The position numbers and the translations under genes were made by a program. Below are positions 22,726 to 44,300 of a DNA stretch of 64,000 bases, piece by piece. The stretch lies in contig JAKMXF010000111.1 in assembly GCA_024704765.1 (NCBI GenBank), positions 1,008,619 to 1,072,618 of the forward strand, written 5' to 3'. Below the pieces are notes generated by a model. That model was not told the origin of the DNA. It worked only from the letters and a program-made list of their open reading frames with translations, and searched no databases. How positions within the stretch are numbered: position 1 is the stretch's first letter; each line of letters begins with the position of its first letter. The stretch is from Oopsacas minuta. Taxonomy: Eukaryota > Animalia > Porifera.

Positions 22726-24589
22726 ATGGATGCTAGAATGATAGAAGAAGATCAGATGAAGTATGATTACTGCATTCCTACAAACGTAAGTTGTAACTAC
22801 GTACATCTAGATGTATACTTAATTAATGTTGTATTTATGCTAGGCTCCTCCTGCTCATATTGACACAGCAGAATGGCCTCTATTGCTAAAGAATTTTGAT
22901 AAATTAAATATAAGATCCACTTCTTTCAATCCTATCCCCAGCGGATGTTCCCCTCTAAAGAGACCCATTGATGACTACCTAGGCGCTGGTTTCATAAATC
23001 TAGATAAACCAGCTAACCCAAGTTCTCATGAAGTTGTAGCATGGATTAAGAGGATACTACGAGTACAGAAGACAGGACATGCTGGTACGCTAGATCCTAA
23101 GGTTACAGGTTGTCTTATTGTGTGTATTAACAGAGCTACTCGACTGGTTAAGGCACAACAGAGTGCAGGTAAGGAGTATGTGGGTGTAGTACGTCTACAT
23201 GAGTGTCTGTCAGAAGAGAAGATGAGAGGAGTTATTGATTTCCTACAAGGAGCTCTTTTCCAGAGACCTCCTCTAATATCAGCTGTAAAGAGACAGCTGA
23301 GAGTGAGGACAGTGTATGACAGTAAGCTGTTAGAGTATGATAAGGAAGCTCAATTAGGCGTGTTTTGGACCAAATGTGAAGCAGGAACCTACATCAGAAC
23401 TCTATGTGTGCATATGGGATATCTATTGGGTGTAGGTTCGTGTATAAAGCATATAGTCAACTCCCGTTACATCGAAGCTAAGGAACCGTGAAAATTACTC
23501 AGATATCGCGAATTCACTATGAACGATGAATTTATGTTACTTTGACTGTTTGGGATCATATTTGTACAATTTCAGACTTCAATATATCCGTGTTCGGTAT
23601 ATCAGGAGTTGACTATACGTAGGTAGTAACAACTTGAGATTGTTTTACCAATATGTTATATAGGAGCTCACATGCAAGAACTCCGTCGTGTACGATCTGG
23701 GGTACAATCAGAGAATGATAATATGGTGACTATGCACGATGTGTTAGATGCTCAGTGGATGCTGGATAACTTGAAGGATGAGATGTACATGAGACGAGTT
23801 GTGAAGCCTCTAGAGGCTTTACTTCTTAGACACAAACGTGTTGTTATTAAGGACACTGCAGTTAATGCTATTTGCTATGGTGCTAAGGTAATTCAACACA
23901 TTTTATACAGTTTAGGCAATTTGTACAGAGATTATTACTTTCCTTATAAGGTTATGATCCCTGGTGTATTGCGTTATGAAGATGGACTAGAGGTAGATGA
24001 GGAGATAGTAGTGATGACTACAAAGGGAGAGGCTGTAGCACTAGCGATTGCTCACATGACAACTGCTGTTATTTGCACAGCTGAGCAGGGAGTAGTAGCT
24101 AGAATTAAGCGTGTCATCATGGCTAGAGATGTGTATCCGAGGAGATGGGGGCTAGGTCCTAAGGCTTTGATAAAAAAGAAACTAATCGCAGAGGGACGTC
24201 TTGAAAAATACGGAGGGTATAACGAACTGACTCCTAAGCAGTGGAAGGACCTGTTCTCACAACACGGTATTCCTACTCTTGAAGAGCTGGGTGGAGACAG
24301 GAAGAGGAAGAGATTGGATGAAGAGACTGCTCCAGCTGATTTCACAACTTGTCCTCCTACTGATCCTGCTATAGTAGGAAGTGTTAAGAAAGATAAAAAA
24401 GATAAAAAGAAGAAAGATAAATCATCTCCACTAATCACAGAGTTATCTGTGAATATTCCCGGAGCAGAAGCTGATAGTGATGATGAAAAAGTACTCGTGA
24501 TTGACCAAGAATATGTAGAAGCAGGTGAGAAGAAAAAGAAAAAGAAAAAATCAAAACACTCCGATATGGATACATCTGCAGTTGATTAA
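22726..24589 (+). CDS. DKC1: Dyskerin / Cbf5 H/ACA pseudouridine synthase, 4 exons (22726-22785, 22844-23435, 23664-23887, 23951-24589)
   Basis: [31 protein letters not shown], catalytic [21 protein letters not shown] domain, Lys-rich tail. GT-AG junctions checked in phase. Confidence 0.96.
23452..23617. mobile_element. MITE-like element (family 1) in DKC1 intron 2
   Basis: Imperfect terminal inverted repeats tatagtcaactcccgttacatcgaa / ttcggtatatcaggagttgactata, TA-flanked. The interior is shared with 24961-25130 and 33404-33474. Confidence 0.7.
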
Positions 24590-24960
24590 ATACCTCGAGA
24601 TATCAGTGTGAGTTAGTACCGTATTCACTTAGTGTTGTTATGTAAGCTATCATAAAGTAGCTTTTTATATCATTTTCAATTGTTCGAATAGCAAGGACGA
24701 TTACTATTAGATAGGAAGCTTATTGCTGTAGTTTTATAGTGTGGTGTTTTGAATTTACAGTTATATTAACGATGTATAACTGTACTTGCTCTGGCTATTG
24801 CCGTACACTTTATTGCTGATTGAGCTTTGATTGCTCCAGCATACAGTTAGGGGGTAAGCTCTTGAAGGGCGGTTTATTTGGATACCAATGTGTTCTCTTT
24901 GTTTTTCACTTACAATTAATTTACCTACATTTATCCCTCAATTATTTTATCAAAATATTT

Positions 24961-25130
24961 TACAGTCAAACTTCCGTTATATCGAACACGGATATATTGA
25001 AATACCCGCTTGCAAGTCTGAAAATTGTACAAATATGGTCCCAAACCGTCAAGGTAACATATATTTCCTTCGTTATATCTAAGTAATTATTTCGGTGCCT
25101 TGAGCTTCGATATGACGGGAGCTGTCTGTA
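24961..25130. mobile_element. MITE-like element (family 1), inverted relative to the DKC1 copy
   Basis: Ends are tacagtcaaacttccgttatatcgaa and ttcgatatgacgggagctgtctgta. The reverse complement contains gtttggga(c/t)catatttgtacaattt..cagact..tcaatatatccgtgttcg, also seen at ~23548-23597. Confidence 0.7.
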
Positions 25131-25225
25131 TTGAAAATGATAACTAATTGTCCATGAAGGTTATGATACGATTTAAATCAATTTGGCATATTATTGATTA
25201 TCTGTATACTTACGTAACGTGTTAG

Positions 25226-26713
25226 ATGGATAGTAATTTTCGTCCTCTCATACTCCATCGTACTCCTAACCCATTCAAGATATCTGACTCAGAAAGTGAG
25301 TTCTGGTCCTCCTTTAAGAAACCATTTTTCGTTAAAGAATTTCTTCCTATAACTTGTTTACACTACAGTCCTATTGCTCCTCACCAACTCGCGGTTACTA
25401 ACACCAATGTAATACAGATTTATGACTCTAAAGATTGCTCTCTTTTAAAATCAATTACTTCTATCAAAGACACACCTTTTGGTGCTAATTTTCGCGAAGA
25501 CGGTAAGCTCTTGATAGCAGGAGATAGCGCAGGGGTTGTTCACATATTTGAACTGGAGCGTAAATCAGCTCTAAGGAAGTTAACTGGCCATACTCAACCT
25601 GTACAGAGGGCCTTATTCTCCAGTGATGGATTGAGTGTAATTAGTTGTTCTGATGATAAGACTGTACGTATCTGGGACCTAGCTAGTGGTGATCAGAAGA
25701 TATGTCTTGAGGGACACTCAGACTACGTCAGGAGTGGACTAGTTACCTCAACTGATCACAATCTCTGTGTAACAGGATCTTATGATCATACAGTCAGACT
25801 ATGGGATGCAAGAGATACAGATTGTTGTGTTAAGCTAGAGCACGGAGCTCCTGTAGAGTCACTACTCATGTTCCCTTCAGGTAGCCTCTTGTTATCAGCT
25901 GGAGGGAAAACCGTTAAAGTATGGGACATACGGTCCAACTCTGTCATAAAGGAATTCTCCAATCATCACAAGACTGTAACCCAGCTGTATCTCAGCTCAG
26001 ATGGACGTCGTCTCTTCACTGGGTCTCTAGACGGACTGATTAAAGTATATGACGTCACAACATATAATGTAATACATGCTATCAGCTATCCAGCTCCCAT
26101 CCTGTGTGTAGCTTTCTCTCCAGCTCAGACACAACTAGCAGTAGGCATGTCCTCTGGTCTCCTGTCTGTCAAAACCAAGGAGGAACCACCCCTCCCTGCA
26201 CCCCGGCCCCGCCCCCCTTACAGAGGAGCTTACAGATATTTCATGAGAGGGAAATCTATTAAGCCTACTATAGAAACTGTTACTGTCTCAAACAAAGCTA
26301 AGAAAAATCGACCAAAATATGATATATATCTTAAGAAGTTCAAATACACTCAAGCTCTAGATGCAGCTTTTGATGCTCACGGACCGTTACGCCCTACTAT
26401 AGTCATGAGTATGTTTAAAGAGTTATCTCGTAGAGACGGACTATCTATAGCTCTTGCTAACCGAAATGAAGATCAGCTGTTGCCAATTATTCAATTCATT
26501 GGTAGGAATATTATTAATCCTAAGTATTGTGCATATCTTGTTGAGATATGTGATCTTCTCACAGAGCTATATCCAGAGATGTTATTCAAATCCGCTATGA
26601 TAAAAACTGAAATGGACAAAATTAAAAATAAGATCAGTAGTGAGGTTAGATTCCATAAACAAGTATTTCAAACTTTAGGCGTATTGGAGAATATTTTAGG
26701 TAACTCGAATTAA
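25226..26713 (+). CDS. UTP15: U3 snoRNA-associated protein 15 (WD40 plus UTP15 C-terminal domain), intronless
   Basis: FREDGKLLIAGD, GHSDYVRSG, TGSYDHTVRLWD, HHKTVT, C-terminal YD..LKKFKY..ALD and ELSRRDGL.IALANR. Confidence 0.93.
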   Translation: MDSNFRPLILHRTPNPFKISDSESEFWSSFKKPFFVKEFLPITCLHYSPIAPHQLAVTNTNVIQIYDSKDCSLLKSITSIKDTPFGANFREDGKLLIAGDSAGVVHIFELERKSALRKLTGHTQPVQRALFSSDGLSVISCSDDKTVRIWDLASGDQKICLEGHSDYVRSGLVTSTDHNLCVTGSYDHTVRLWDARDTDCCVKLEHGAPVESLLMFPSGSLLLSAGGKTVKVWDIRSNSVIKEFSNHHKTVTQLYLSSDGRRLFTGSLDGLIKVYDVTTYNVIHAISYPAPILCVAFSPAQTQLAVGMSSGLLSVKTKEEPPLPAPRPRPPYRGAYRYFMRGKSIKPTIETVTVSNKAKKNRPKYDIYLKKFKYTQALDAAFDAHGPLRPTIVMSMFKELSRRDGLSIALANRNEDQLLPIIQFIGRNIINPKYCAYLVEICDLLTELYPEMLFKSAMIKTEMDKIKNKISSEVRFHKQVFQTLGVLENILGNSN

Positions 26714-27526
26714 ATTATTTGATTTATGGCAATAATATTTTATGTTTATCTTCGCTCCTGCGATCAACTTGTTAGCAATTCATACGTATATATTACTAGG
26801 CGAGAGAAATTTGGAGGATTTCATTGGAATTTCCATTCGCCTGCGAATATTATTTTAGATTTCAAGTTTGGACGTTTTCCTTCCAATACCCGATCATACT
26901 ATTTAGGAATTGCCATTGAATACAATATTGGACAAAATATTGTTTCTGCAGTTAGATGAGAAATGAAACTTTGTACTACATTTAATTTATACTTTGGAAA
27001 CTGTCTTTGAACTTTGAAGGTCGAACGACCAATTATACATTCCTACAGTCGCACACACACACACACATATATATATAGTATTATTAGTTTCATCACTACA
27101 AAGTTCAAAAGATATTTCTTTACATTTATGGAATGTCTCGTGTATCTGTTTATTCCCTTATCAACGCGGAATCATATGGTTATTTGTAATCCAGAATACA
27201 GATGTGTGTAGATTTATTATTGCTAGCTACAGCTAATTATGGCTTTCCGCACTTCTTGTGCATTCCTGTTAACCAAAATGTAATTAATATTTAATTCAGT
27301 ATTCGACATGATTTATTTGAATATTATTGCCTAATAGAGGATAAGGCCAAGGTAAGGATGAATTGACAGGATCTCGATAGAACTGATATTGTTATACAGG
27401 AAGTAGGTATAGCGGAACTCGTCACCGAAGGAACTCCAAATATGGAATTCACGCGTATTTATTGTAATTGTTTCCAGAAAAACAAAATTGGATAATATTT
27501 ATAATTGGTCGTAATTGCAATATACG

Positions 27527-27612
27527 TACAGTAAACTGTAATAAAACGAAGTAATCGGGGCCCAGGCTCCACCGAGCAGAGAATCACTTTGTTGTAACGG
27601 GAGTTTGCTGTA
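27527..27612. mobile_element. Short MITE-like element with family-1-like termini
   Basis: tacagtaaactgtaataaaacgaagt at the left end and ctttgttgtaacgggagtttgctgta at the right: degenerate inverted termini, TA-flanked. Confidence 0.45.
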
Positions 27613-28256
27613 CCATACTACAGCTCACTCTCAAACTTCTGATAGATATTATTATTGCGTGTGGTGTACTTGTGTCTATTATATTCCTTGTTTATTGTCT
27701 TTTACTTGCAAACATTGGAAACAATATCAATATATATTTAGTTCAGTGAGTGAAGGACTGTTGCATTTTGGTTTTAACATACACTTAAGATTGAAGACAG
27801 TTACAAACAGATCATCTTTATGTATAGACAATCTGTGTTGTATTTATATTATTGTTATTATTATGTCTCACTAACTGGTGCTAGACTGATCAATAAGAAT
27901 AAATGTTTTCAAGAAAATTGGCTCTCAATTATCTACCAGTCTGAGGACTATTCTACACTGATGTTATTCCTCTGTTATCAATACTCTCGTAGATGCGAAC
28001 ATCCACTTCATTGTGCTACACTTATCTGAGTAATTCATTTCAATATACCCGATAGCATTTATGAAAGTCAGTCTTAGAATATTCATTGTTCTACTAGACA
28101 TCAGGCTATATATAAGAGTCAAGACACAGATCAATTCATTTTTATTCAGGTGAAAACCGCCTTTTATACTCGTTTTCAATCTAGTGAATTGTAGAAAGTT
28201 TTTTGCATTTTTTACTCAATCTGAATTGTTCTTTCCTATCAATCTGATACGTAAAG

Positions 28257-36720
<8,464 letters not shown>

Positions 36721-36722
36721 GC

Positions 36723-36723
<1 letters not shown>

Positions 36724-36753
<30 letters not shown>
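36724..36753. repeat. (CAA)10 microsatellite just after the PRKD stop codon
   Basis: Read directly from the sequence. Confidence 0.95.
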
Positions 36754-37058
36754 ACAAAACAACAAAAATTCACGTGATTGATCTCCTCTACCACCTGTCA
36801 TCACAGTCAAATAGAAATCTACTTTACACTGATATGCACTGTAACTTGTCTGTATTTAATTCATTTTATTATTTGCTTTATTTTCTATTCTCTGAATGAA
36901 ATATTTCTGTACTTCTGTTTGTATATACTCAGAGTAGATTTTAAAACATTAAATTTTAATTTTATTTCTCTATTTTTAAAATTATGGAGTTATTTAGCTG
37001 AAAATTCGGGTGGAGCATTATTAACGTATTAAAGTTCTTATGAACATTCTTTAGACCA

Positions 37059-38034
37059 ATGGTGAGTGCATCTTGCTGCTCCTCTCACCTTCTAGATAGC
37101 AGCACGTGGGGTCTGGTGGTAGAACAGTGTCCTATCTCTGAGCTACAGGAAGTTAAGGATATGTTAGGGTGTGACGTCATAGATTTGCTGACAGAACTAC
37201 AATCTGAAAGACAGGCTCTGAGAGAGATAGCTGATCAACTGGCAGATGAGATGGATATCATTACAGCTGTTTCTAAGTATGTAATCTATAATTATATACG
37301 TTTTTTGCATGTAGAATCATGTGTAAGTTATTTGGTAAATGAATCAATTCATTAGTTGCATGTTCTAGAGCTCTCCCAGAACCTCCCGATTTGAGAGAAC
37401 GACTTTTGAAGGAAATACGTTTCTTTATAGATGGACTTAGAGCTCGTAAAGCTAACCCGTTGCTACCAGGTCGCTCAGATGAAGATATTGAAGAGAGAGG
37501 AGTGATACAGTATGTTATGTGTGAAACAGATTATACACGACAAGACAGTAGTGAGCTGTCTTGTAAGCTACGTTCTGTCTCCAGGAATTCTTCATCTCTT
37601 CACAGCACTTTATCTCCTGATCTCATCCCTAGTTCTTTATCAAGGCAAATATACTTAATATTTACATTAGCAGTGCTTAATTAAAAATATTGTATACTTC
37701 TAGGTTATCTTCAGGTCTCGCATCTTCTACCAGTTCACATTTATTTGATTCTGCTCACTTGATTAGAGAGGCTCTATTAGATGACATTAATGAAGTACAA
37801 CAAGATATAGCCTCTCTTAATAACATGCTGGAGATATCAATCGAGCCTCAGGTTGAAGTTCCAACGCTCCTGGCTCTTAGAAAGATGAGCAGAAAATTGG
37901 AACAGGAATATCTGAGCCCTAAACCCCCAGAGTTGTTACCCAAGGGAAAAATACCATCTAACAACTCTGGTAGAAGAATTCTCCCTCCTATCCCTTCTCA
38001 TAAAAAGAAATCTACCAGTTATAATGTTATCTGA
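37059..38034 (+). CDS. CCDC24: CCDC24-like coiled-coil protein, 3 exons
   Basis: STWGLVVEQCPISELQEVKDMLG..VIDLLTELQSE and LRERLLKEIRFFIDGLR resemble the recalled CCDC24 N-terminus. Intron 1 37277-37368 is in phase; the second intron's boundaries are ambiguous. Confidence 0.6.
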
Positions 38035-38326
38035 TTTATGATGGTTGATTTTGTATCTCTTACAACTTGAATTCACTTATCGATTCACATACTTGTACAT
38101 TTGGCTAAGATTCAACTTGTATCTGTTTAAATTTGTAATTTAGCTGGTGGGTTAGTTTGAAGATTACTTGTCTGAGGTTAGTATTATGCAAGCAATAAGT
38201 ATTATGGGAGGTTGCATTATAACAAATGTTACTGGCTATTATTTAAAGAACCAAGATATATTAATAATTATTTATATTATACTAGCAATTAATAATAAAT
38301 CTTCTGACTTAACAAAGGTTACATAT

Positions 38327-41300
38327 ATGGCTACTCTTAGCAAAGGCACATCTTCTGACCCTCAGTTTGCAATTCGCTACAAACAAATCGGTATGTACTA
38401 TTTACTATCAGATTATTTGTATATTCCAGTATTCTTTACATTAACAGATACTTTCAGAGTTAATAAGGCATAAATGCATTGTATGCTAATTTTCCCCATA
38501 AAACAGAATAGCTATTGTATTTAAATAAATAAATAAAATTAAATATACGTATAGTACTTTTTTGTTGCCTACAGTAGAGTTATTAGGGACGAATTTTTCA
38601 CATTTTTATTAGAATATCTAGCACTCTAATCTGCTTTGTTATTCATAATGTATAATTACTATTAATTAATTATCTGTATTTGCAATCAAATAGCATAATG
38701 CGTTGTATAATCCTTATTGACATCATGATACAGTTCTTTCATGGGGATGACGAATACTATGACCATCTGTCTAAACAGATATCAGCTAGATTACAATCTG
38801 GTGTTACAGATTCTAGTGGAGTAGCCTCTACAGAGTATCTATTTTCTCGTCTTGATACTCTATGGGGGTTCTTTGCTCCTCTTGCTACTTCCTACTACCT
38901 TATGGCTCGTTCTGGTAAGCCGTATACCTCAATTAAGACGGATGCTGGTTATATTATTGTGTTTCAGAAATTTGGAGAAATACTTTGTATCGCAGTTAAT
39001 GGAGATGGAAAGGAAACTGAATTAGAAATGTTACGTAAATGCTACATACTGCATACACTCACTAGGTTATTCGTTGGTCCTCTAGAAGACCAGCTTAATC
39101 CTGGAGACATGGGTGCCCGTACAGAGCTATGGAATAAAATTGGTCGCTGTATAGACTCGTGGAGTTATCTATACAGTAATCGTCCTGCTATCCTCGTAGA
39201 AGCGATAGAACGCCTCCAGGTTAAAGAGGAGATCAGTTTCAAGTGTAGAGAAGAACTAATGAGATGTATGTCTTCTCTAAAAGTCGCAGAAATATCTCCT
39301 ATTCTACACTCACTTGTGTTTGTAGATTCCAAACTATTTCTTCACATTTCTCATCTAGATCCCCCGTTAGTATCTCAATCATTTCTTATCCTATCAATGT
39401 ACGTACAAGCAAATTTCACAGATATTAACTCTGCCTATCCACCTGAGACTGACATTAACAACCCATTCTACACAAAGGAACGTCTCTTCCTTCCTACAGC
39501 TGCTGGAACTATTACTCCCCTTACAGTGTACTGTGTAGGATTTGGTGTTGGAATGGTATTAGTATTATTAGTACGATGTGGTGATCCAATACTAGCTAAC
39601 AATATATGTACATCAATAAGCTCTATTCAGACTATAACAACTCTATCTAGTCTGAACAGACGACCTGAGAATAGTAGAGATCTTATTGTTCTTATTGATA
39701 TGTACTTAAAGAGATCAGCTGATACGTGGAATAAAATCAGCTTTGCTAATGGTGCGGATCAATTCAAATCCATGTGTGGGTCTGTTATTGCCACCTGGGA
39801 GAAGTGTAAAGCTGATGGATTAGCTGAGTCTATTGAAATGAGGAGATTGGAGCCATCCCATGAGAATCAAATTAACAAGGTGCTCAGAGATCTACAGAAG
39901 ATATTTACTATTCTGTACTATGCACGTGTTTATAGGAAGCAGTCTGATGCTGACGGAATGATGTTCTGCTGTAAAATACTCAATACAAAATTCGCTACAG
40001 ACTATGGAGATTTCTTACAAGTGAAAGCAGAGAGGAATATACACGCTAATATAGATGTCAGTAACTATCATGGTCTTGCTTACTATTTATTCGTGAATAG
40101 GAGGAATGATTCGTATACTGCTGTTAATTTCTGTGAGCGTGATAGTGTCGTGGGAGTTTCGTGTCTAGACGAGCTCACAGGAAAACGTGGAAAGAAGAGC
40201 GGAGTTTTGTTAAGACAAAAGGTATGGGATTTGGTAGATAGAGTACACAGATTCTCACAACATGGCTGTACTCTACAAATATGGGAAGAAGAAGATTTTG
40301 TTTTATCCTACCATTTATGGTTCTGTAATCAACGCAGTGGGGTTAGGATAGCCTGTCAGGAACGTCTATTCTCAGAGGGCATACCTCCAGGAATACTCAC
40401 TGATCCTTCTTCCTACAAAAGGTACGGAAGAGAAGTGGTTGTATTAGAATTATACATGATACATATGAGAGATACAAACCTGTGTGGAGTTATAGCAAAT
40501 GCTGAATTGATTAGTGAGAAGTTATGGCAGCAGAGTAGAGAATCAGCTCCTCGCTTCGCTGCTATTCTATGAGTACCATGAATTTATATATTTCGTAATT
40601 ATTGAGAATTATGACAGACATGAATTCAATATTTAATTTGTTTATATGTAATTATACTTACCCTCATATGATTCAATTCCGGAACAAAAAAACAAAACAT
40701 TGACTCTAATATATAATAATTATTCAGATGTCGGCAAGAGCTATTTATCAATAAATTTACATTAGGGTATGTATAAAATTTTGTTGTTTCTAGATGTAAT
40801 CAAGCAGATGTTAAATTTTAATGAGAGATGTTCAGATGGATCTCTATTAACACGACCAGTATGGAAGGTATGTTGTGTTACCCAAATCCTGTTAATTGCT
40901 ACTTGCTGAACTGTGTGTAATTCAGTTGTGACATTTGTAGACAATGAATTCTCGTTCTCCTACTAGCAAATCGCTATTGCATAAACTTTAATCGCTAATA
41001 TGTGAATTTGCTATTTTACAAACAATTTACAATACAAAAATGCACTCTATGTCCATGATAACGTTGATAATAAACCTACTCTACTATAAGACGATTGCTA
41101 ATAGGCGAACATCACTATACTGTACCTTGACAAATCTGTATAGAAAAAATTATTTTCGTTTTATATGTAACTGTCCCCATATAGGTATTAATATATGACA
41201 GACTGGGACAAGACATTATATCACCCCTGCTTACAGTTAAACAGCTGAGAGATCTAGGCGTAACTCTACACTTGTAAGTAATAATTATACACAATTTAAT

Positions 41301-44300
41301 TATCAATAGTGTATAAGCATATTGTTCATAATATCTTTAATCTCGATTTGTTCAACTCGCATACGTTGATTATCCATCCTTCCTTATCAATCGCAAGTCC
41401 TCTGATATTTTTGAATAAAGAACAGATTTTGTGGATCAGTTTTCCTTCCCAACTGTGAATCACGATACTCCCAGTATTAAGACCCGCTAATTCCTCGCTA
41501 TCTTGGCAAGCTAATTTCCCGCTATCTTGGCAAGCTAATTTCCCGCTATCTTGACAAGCAATCAGTAAATTATCGAAATGATCGATGGCTAGGAAATCTG
41601 GAGATCTTATCATATCTAATTTCATGTTTCTCACGAAATCTCCACATTTTGTATAAAATGAAACTTGAATAGATTTTTCCTTTAAAACAAGTAGATATTC
41701 TTTATGCAGCTTAACATCCATTGGTCTTTCCCCAAAGCATATCCTTCTTACAATAGGCAATTCAGGTATTAGCATAATTATGCATTCACTACCAGAATTA
41801 CAGATATATGTTGTGTTATCGACATCTACTGCCACGCCCATAGGAGAGGATAACTTGATAATATAGCTTGTACCTGAGTTAGCAGTTGATGTTATGAAGG
41901 AGCCATCTAAGCTGAATATTTTCAACTTGTTACCTCCTTTCTCTGTTACGAATACAAGGGAGTTTCTGATACACACTCCCCAGGGATATTTCACTGCTTG
42001 GTTGTGAGGAGATTTATCTCCTTGAAAATTAAAATGGTGCTTTAGTTCTTTATCGAATACTTGTATTCTGGAATTGAGAGCATCTGCTACATATATGTTT
42101 CCATTTATGTCATCTAAAGCTAATGTTTTGGGTGCTTGTAACTGATCTATATTGGTACCCCAATTTATCCCAGCTTTCTGAGGAGATTTTATCAAGTGAT
42201 ATCTGTCAAAATGTGTTGGCTTCTTCTTCTCCATTTTTAACAATAGTTATCTACTCTATATTACAAACAAAATTGTTTAAAAATTCAATTTTCGGGTAAT
42301 AATTCATACATAAAGAATCGTTGAAATATAACAGTGGACCTGAACATGACAATGGCCTGATGCTTTAACACAATATTGAATATAATTAATCTCTTTAATC
42401 CTTGCCAGACCCCTCCACACGAAAAGGGACTCTATCACAGAGGCTCCAGCTGTCTACTTCATACTTCCTACTGATGAGAATATACAGAGGATATGTCAGG
42501 TATATAAGTTTCAATTCATGGGCACCTTTTCGGGCCAAACGATCCTACAATTCCTCTACTAATAGCACGGTATAGCAAGTGAATTTCATGTAAACTAATA
42601 GGGGAATTCCACTTTAACGTAACTCGTGAAGTAGAGAACTAGGATTTTGAGATTTTCTAAATAGGATATCAAACAACAAGTTTACGGGACTTTCTATTTG
42701 AACTTTTTAACAGCTATATCAAGGGAGAAGTTAGAACACATTGCACTGGCAGTTTGTCAGTCAGGAAATACAGAGATTATATCAAAGGTAATTTTCGTTA
42801 ATTTATGTAATTTCCAGTGTAAGATTGTTTGAATGTGAGCTATACATATTGGATTAGTTTATATATGTTCAAACTAACTATGATAGATTGAATTACTGTT
42901 GTAGTTAATCACTCAAACCTCTATTAAATACAAAGGAATATTAATTTTCTGCGAAATAAAACGAAAATCTATTTACAACCAGCTGTCCAGTAAGTAATGA
43001 TGGTAGATTAATATAATCACTGTGTAATGTTAACCTCAATAAGTCGTTGCTGTAACTGAAATCTTAATTGCCATGGCCGAAACTAGGGCCATTTTGGCTT
43101 TGGGTGGGCACGTGTGGGTCGTGCGTGGACGTGACGCCATCTTTGTCTACCCAGATTCAAGAACCTAGTTACGTCGATGTTAATAGCAACATACGATACA
43201 GTTTGCTTATACAGCTTATAACCAGCCAAGCTAGATTAAGTGGCTTAATAACTACTATGTATTATTGCAAATTTGAATAGTTTTTCATTTAATTTTATGG
43301 GAGGGGGAGTATAGAAATAATAAGGGATTGGAATAGCAATATACCTGAATGAACTCTTGACACTTATTATTCTTGTCAGAATTCTTATTGTGAGTAAGTA
43401 ACACGGATAACAGTTCAGTAATTAAGTGACAATACAATAACTATCCTAAGGTTTCTCCACAAATCCTATTTACATACTATAACCATAGAAGTATCGAAGC
43501 CTTGGCTATGAACAATACCTGGCCTAACAATATATTACGAGTCTATTAGTTTTGATTCAACTTTATGATATATATAAATAAGTGTTTGATACAAAATATA
43601 ATATTTAAAATACTTCTAAATAAATAAATTCAAGAATGAAATGGAAGAGGTTTTCTCTAATAATGCTATTGACTATGTTTGATATATTTCTGATCATATT
43701 AACGATTTTACCAATGCTATTCAGCAGTCTAATGCCTCCTCCATCTCTGAACGAGACTTTTATCATCTCAAAGTATAACGAAATTCTTGAGAAAATTGAA
43801 GTAAACGCTTGTCCTTACCCTCTAGAATTAACTGATAGTCTCTGTCAATTCCCAGACTATTCAACTTTTCCAGAATGGAGATATTCTGCGTTGATAACTG
43901 CGGTTTTATTTCTAATTTTCAACTTGTTTGTGTTATGCATTTGGTTCTTTCATCGTAGTCTGAGGAGAGGGATATTTATCGGTCTCATTATCATTCTATT
44001 GCTATCACTATTGATAAGTATCATATTCAATATATCCGCTTATCATACTGTTGATGATGGTTTGTTTGCAAAAATGGTCTATGAGCAAATTCTCGGTTTT
44101 TGCTTACACTTCAAGTTGATCAGCTTTTTCTTGTGGATTAATTTTCATCTTTTCCAAGTGACATACATTCTACTTTTTCCTACATTTCAACTTCCTATAA
44201 ATACATGCTCTGCTACAATCTGTAAGATAACGCTAGCTACCATACTAGCCTTAATAATCCCTTCAATTAATATTATATTTTTGGATGGATACTCCCTTCT

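Noticed and set aside
23436-23663. Intronic H/ACA snoRNA in DKC1, as in vertebrates
   Set aside because: The structured part is better explained by a TIR element with other copies in the window, and I could not identify convincing H and ACA boxes. An Infernal/Rfam scan would settle it.
37563-37714. A second GC-AG intron in CCDC24 (37645-37703)
   Set aside because: An alternative GT-AG intron (37563-37714) also keeps the frame; the two cannot be told apart without reads.
40728-40766. Possible poison exon before SCFD1 exon 2
   Set aside because: It has an AG/GT pair and an in-frame stop, but such pairs are common by chance in AT-rich introns.
40762-41306. Minus-strand ORFs 40762-40944 and 41115-41306 (likewise 46520-46759)
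   Set aside because: Antisense shadows of SCFD1 exons 2, 3 and 11.
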